A stretch of 24,110 nt of DNA, taken from Octopus sinensis (Eukaryota). A program made the position numbers and the translations under genes. How positions within the stretch are numbered: position 1 is the first letter of the stretch; every line of letters begins with the position of its first letter. Shown piece after piece: positions 22,340 to 24,110 of this stretch. Location: assembly GCF_006345805.1 (NCBI RefSeq), contig NW_021836449.1:1-24110 (forward strand), read 5' to 3'. Under the pieces are notes generated by a model. The model saw nothing but the letters and a program-made list of their open reading frames with translations, had not been told where the DNA came from and ran no database searches.

Positions 22340-22575
22340 ACAAACTCATACGGGCTGGCTTTCCGGTTTCCGTGGTGCATATATACATTTAACTCCTGGA
22401 CAGGACGCCAGTTCTTCGCAGGGTTATTCATCTTTACCAGCTGAGTGAACTGGAGCAATGTGAAACGGAGTGATTCGCTCAAAGACACAACGCATTGCCT
22501 GGTCCAGGAATCGAAACCACAATCTTTCGATCATGATTCCACTATGTCCTTACCACTATGTCCTTACCACTTTGT
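22340..22575 (-). mobile_element. tRNA-headed SINE, family D
   Basis: Minus strand: B-box ggtttcgattcctgg, then gcgttgtgtctttgagc...cacattgctccagttcactcagctg and ccctgcgaagaactggcgtcctgtccagg. Confidence 0.7.
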
Positions 22576-22919
22576 CCTTGTCTCTATGTCCTTACAAAAT
22601 ATGTCTAGCACTTTGTTTTCATCGAACCCCAGAAATATAAAATGCAAAGTTAAGTTGGACGGTTTTGAACTCAGAAGGAAAGTTTGTAGCAGAATTCCAT
22701 AAAATATTTGTCTAACGCTGGTGATACTCGATGCGTAAGAGAATGTTCTGGATAGAGTTTCAGTTATTCAAGACATTTCACTTTTATTTGGTACCTTTGA
22801 CATAAAAATATAATTTCATTCATTTGTAATTTATTTGTTTCTGTAATTCATATCTGACAATATTTTTTCAAAATTAATTTCAGTTTCTAGGAATTTAATT
22901 ATTGTTTACTGTATTTCAG

Positions 22920-23936
22920 GTGGAAAGTGGATACAAAGGCGGCTATGTTGGAAATGACGTTAAAAGCAAGAGAGGAGACTTTACCTTAAAATACCCTATT
23001 GAACGTGGTATCATAACCAACTGGGATGATATGGAAAAGATTTGGCATCATATATTCAAGAACGAGTTGAAAGTTTCACCCGAAGAGCACCCTGTCTTTA
23101 TGACCGAGACTGTAAATAACCCTAAGGCCAACAGAGAAAAGATGACGAAAATTATGTTTGAAAAATTTAACATCCCTGGCATGTATTTAGGTATACAGTC
23201 TGTATTGTCCCTTTATGCTTCTGGTCGTACGACAGGCATTGTTATTGAGTGTGGGCATGGCACCACCCATATTGTCCCCATATATGATGGGTACACCCTG
23301 GCTCAGGCAGTCACACGTCTTGATTTTGCTGGTAAAGACTTGACAGATTACCTGAGAAAGATCTTGGTTGATAGTGGCTTAACTTTTGCATCAACTGCTG
23401 AGAGAGAAACCATTCGAAATATCAAAGAAGGTTTATGCTATGTTGCCCTAGACTACGAACAGGAAATGAAAACTGCAAACTCCTCTTCATCTCTGGAAAA
23501 GAGTTATACGTTGCCCGATGGACAAGTCATCTCTATGAATCGAGAAAGGTTCCAAGCATCAGAAGCTTTGTTTAAGCCATCTTTAATTAATATCGAATCT
23601 ACTGGTATTCATCAAGCAACTTACAATTCAATCATGAGGTGTGATATCGATGTTAGGAAAGATATGTATGCCAACGCTGTATTGTCCGGTGGTTCCACAA
23701 TGTACCCAGGTATTGCTGATCGCATACAGAAGGAAATCAGTGACCTTGCACCACCCACCATGAAAATTAAGGTCATTGCTCAACAAGATCGTGAAAACTT
23801 TGCATGGATTGGCGGTACTCTGTTGCCTTCTCTGTCCACTTTTGAAAAACAGTGGATTACCAAGCAGGAATACGACGAAGCTGGCCCACAAATCATCCAC
23901 AAAAAATGCTGTCAACCGATAATCGATAACGAATAG
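22920..23936 (+). CDS. Divergent actin, coding exon 2 (338 aa plus stop)
   Basis: Acceptor tttactgtatttcag| in phase 0, then an uninterrupted ORF with actin signatures ([27 protein letters not shown], Yx[16 protein letters not shown], WIxKQEYDE). Confidence 0.97.
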   Translation: MESGYKGGYVGNDVKSKRGDFTLKYPIERGIITNWDDMEKIWHHIFKNELKVSPEEHPVFMTETVNNPKANREKMTKIMFEKFNIPGMYLGIQSVLSLYASGRTTGIVIECGHGTTHIVPIYDGYTLAQAVTRLDFAGKDLTDYLRKILVDSGLTFASTAERETIRNIKEGLCYVALDYEQEMKTANSSSSLEKSYTLPDGQVISMNRERFQASEALFKPSLINIESTGIHQATYNSIMRCDIDVRKDMYANAVLSGGSTMYPGIADRIQKEISDLAPPTMKIKVIAQQDRENFAWIGGTLLPSLSTFEKQWITKQEYDEAGPQIIHKKCCQPIIDNE

Positions 23937-24110
23937 GTATTGTTAAAAGTACCGTAACTTTAAGAAAAATACTAAGTTTTCTTTATACTTTCTTTTGGCG
24001 TGTTTTTTAAATACATTTCTTAAGCAACTGAATTGTAATATCTGAAGAGGGTTCGTGTGTTATGTATGTGCTTGGGTGTGTGTGCATGTGTATGAGGACG
24101 TGTGTATCTC

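Noticed and set aside
22902-22919. ORF-track start MFTVFQ for actin
   Set aside because: It is a TTG start inside the polypyrimidine tract and acceptor; the real N-terminus is the exon at 15691.

Overview
AT-rich, microsatellite-laden animal genomic DNA. It is most likely from an octopus or another coleoid cephalopod, inferred from the SINE repertoire. One intact protein-coding gene is supported: a strongly divergent actin on the + strand. Exon 1 (15691-15813) is not in the supplied ORF track. It is followed by a 7106-bp phase-0 intron at the conserved actin position 41/42, then exon 2 (22920-23936), giving 379 aa with about 65% identity to conventional actin by hand count against the recalled beta-actin sequence. 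Key nucleotide-pocket residues are replaced, the D-loop is shortened and the C-terminus is extended. The rest is repeat-derived: decayed LINEs (R4/Dong-like, an RTE with three C-terminal C2H2 fingers, an L2/Crack-like RT), at least five SINE families, two LTR-like elements with NRF1/ETS motifs and hAT-type MITEs. There are also three short elements carrying minimal hammerhead-ribozyme motifs of the Penelope type. Two of these are long palindromes bounded by 12-13 bp direct repeats, and one is a perfect 96-bp-arm palindrome whose hammerhead shows a compensatory G3-C8 core swap. All calls were made by eye and no database searches were run.
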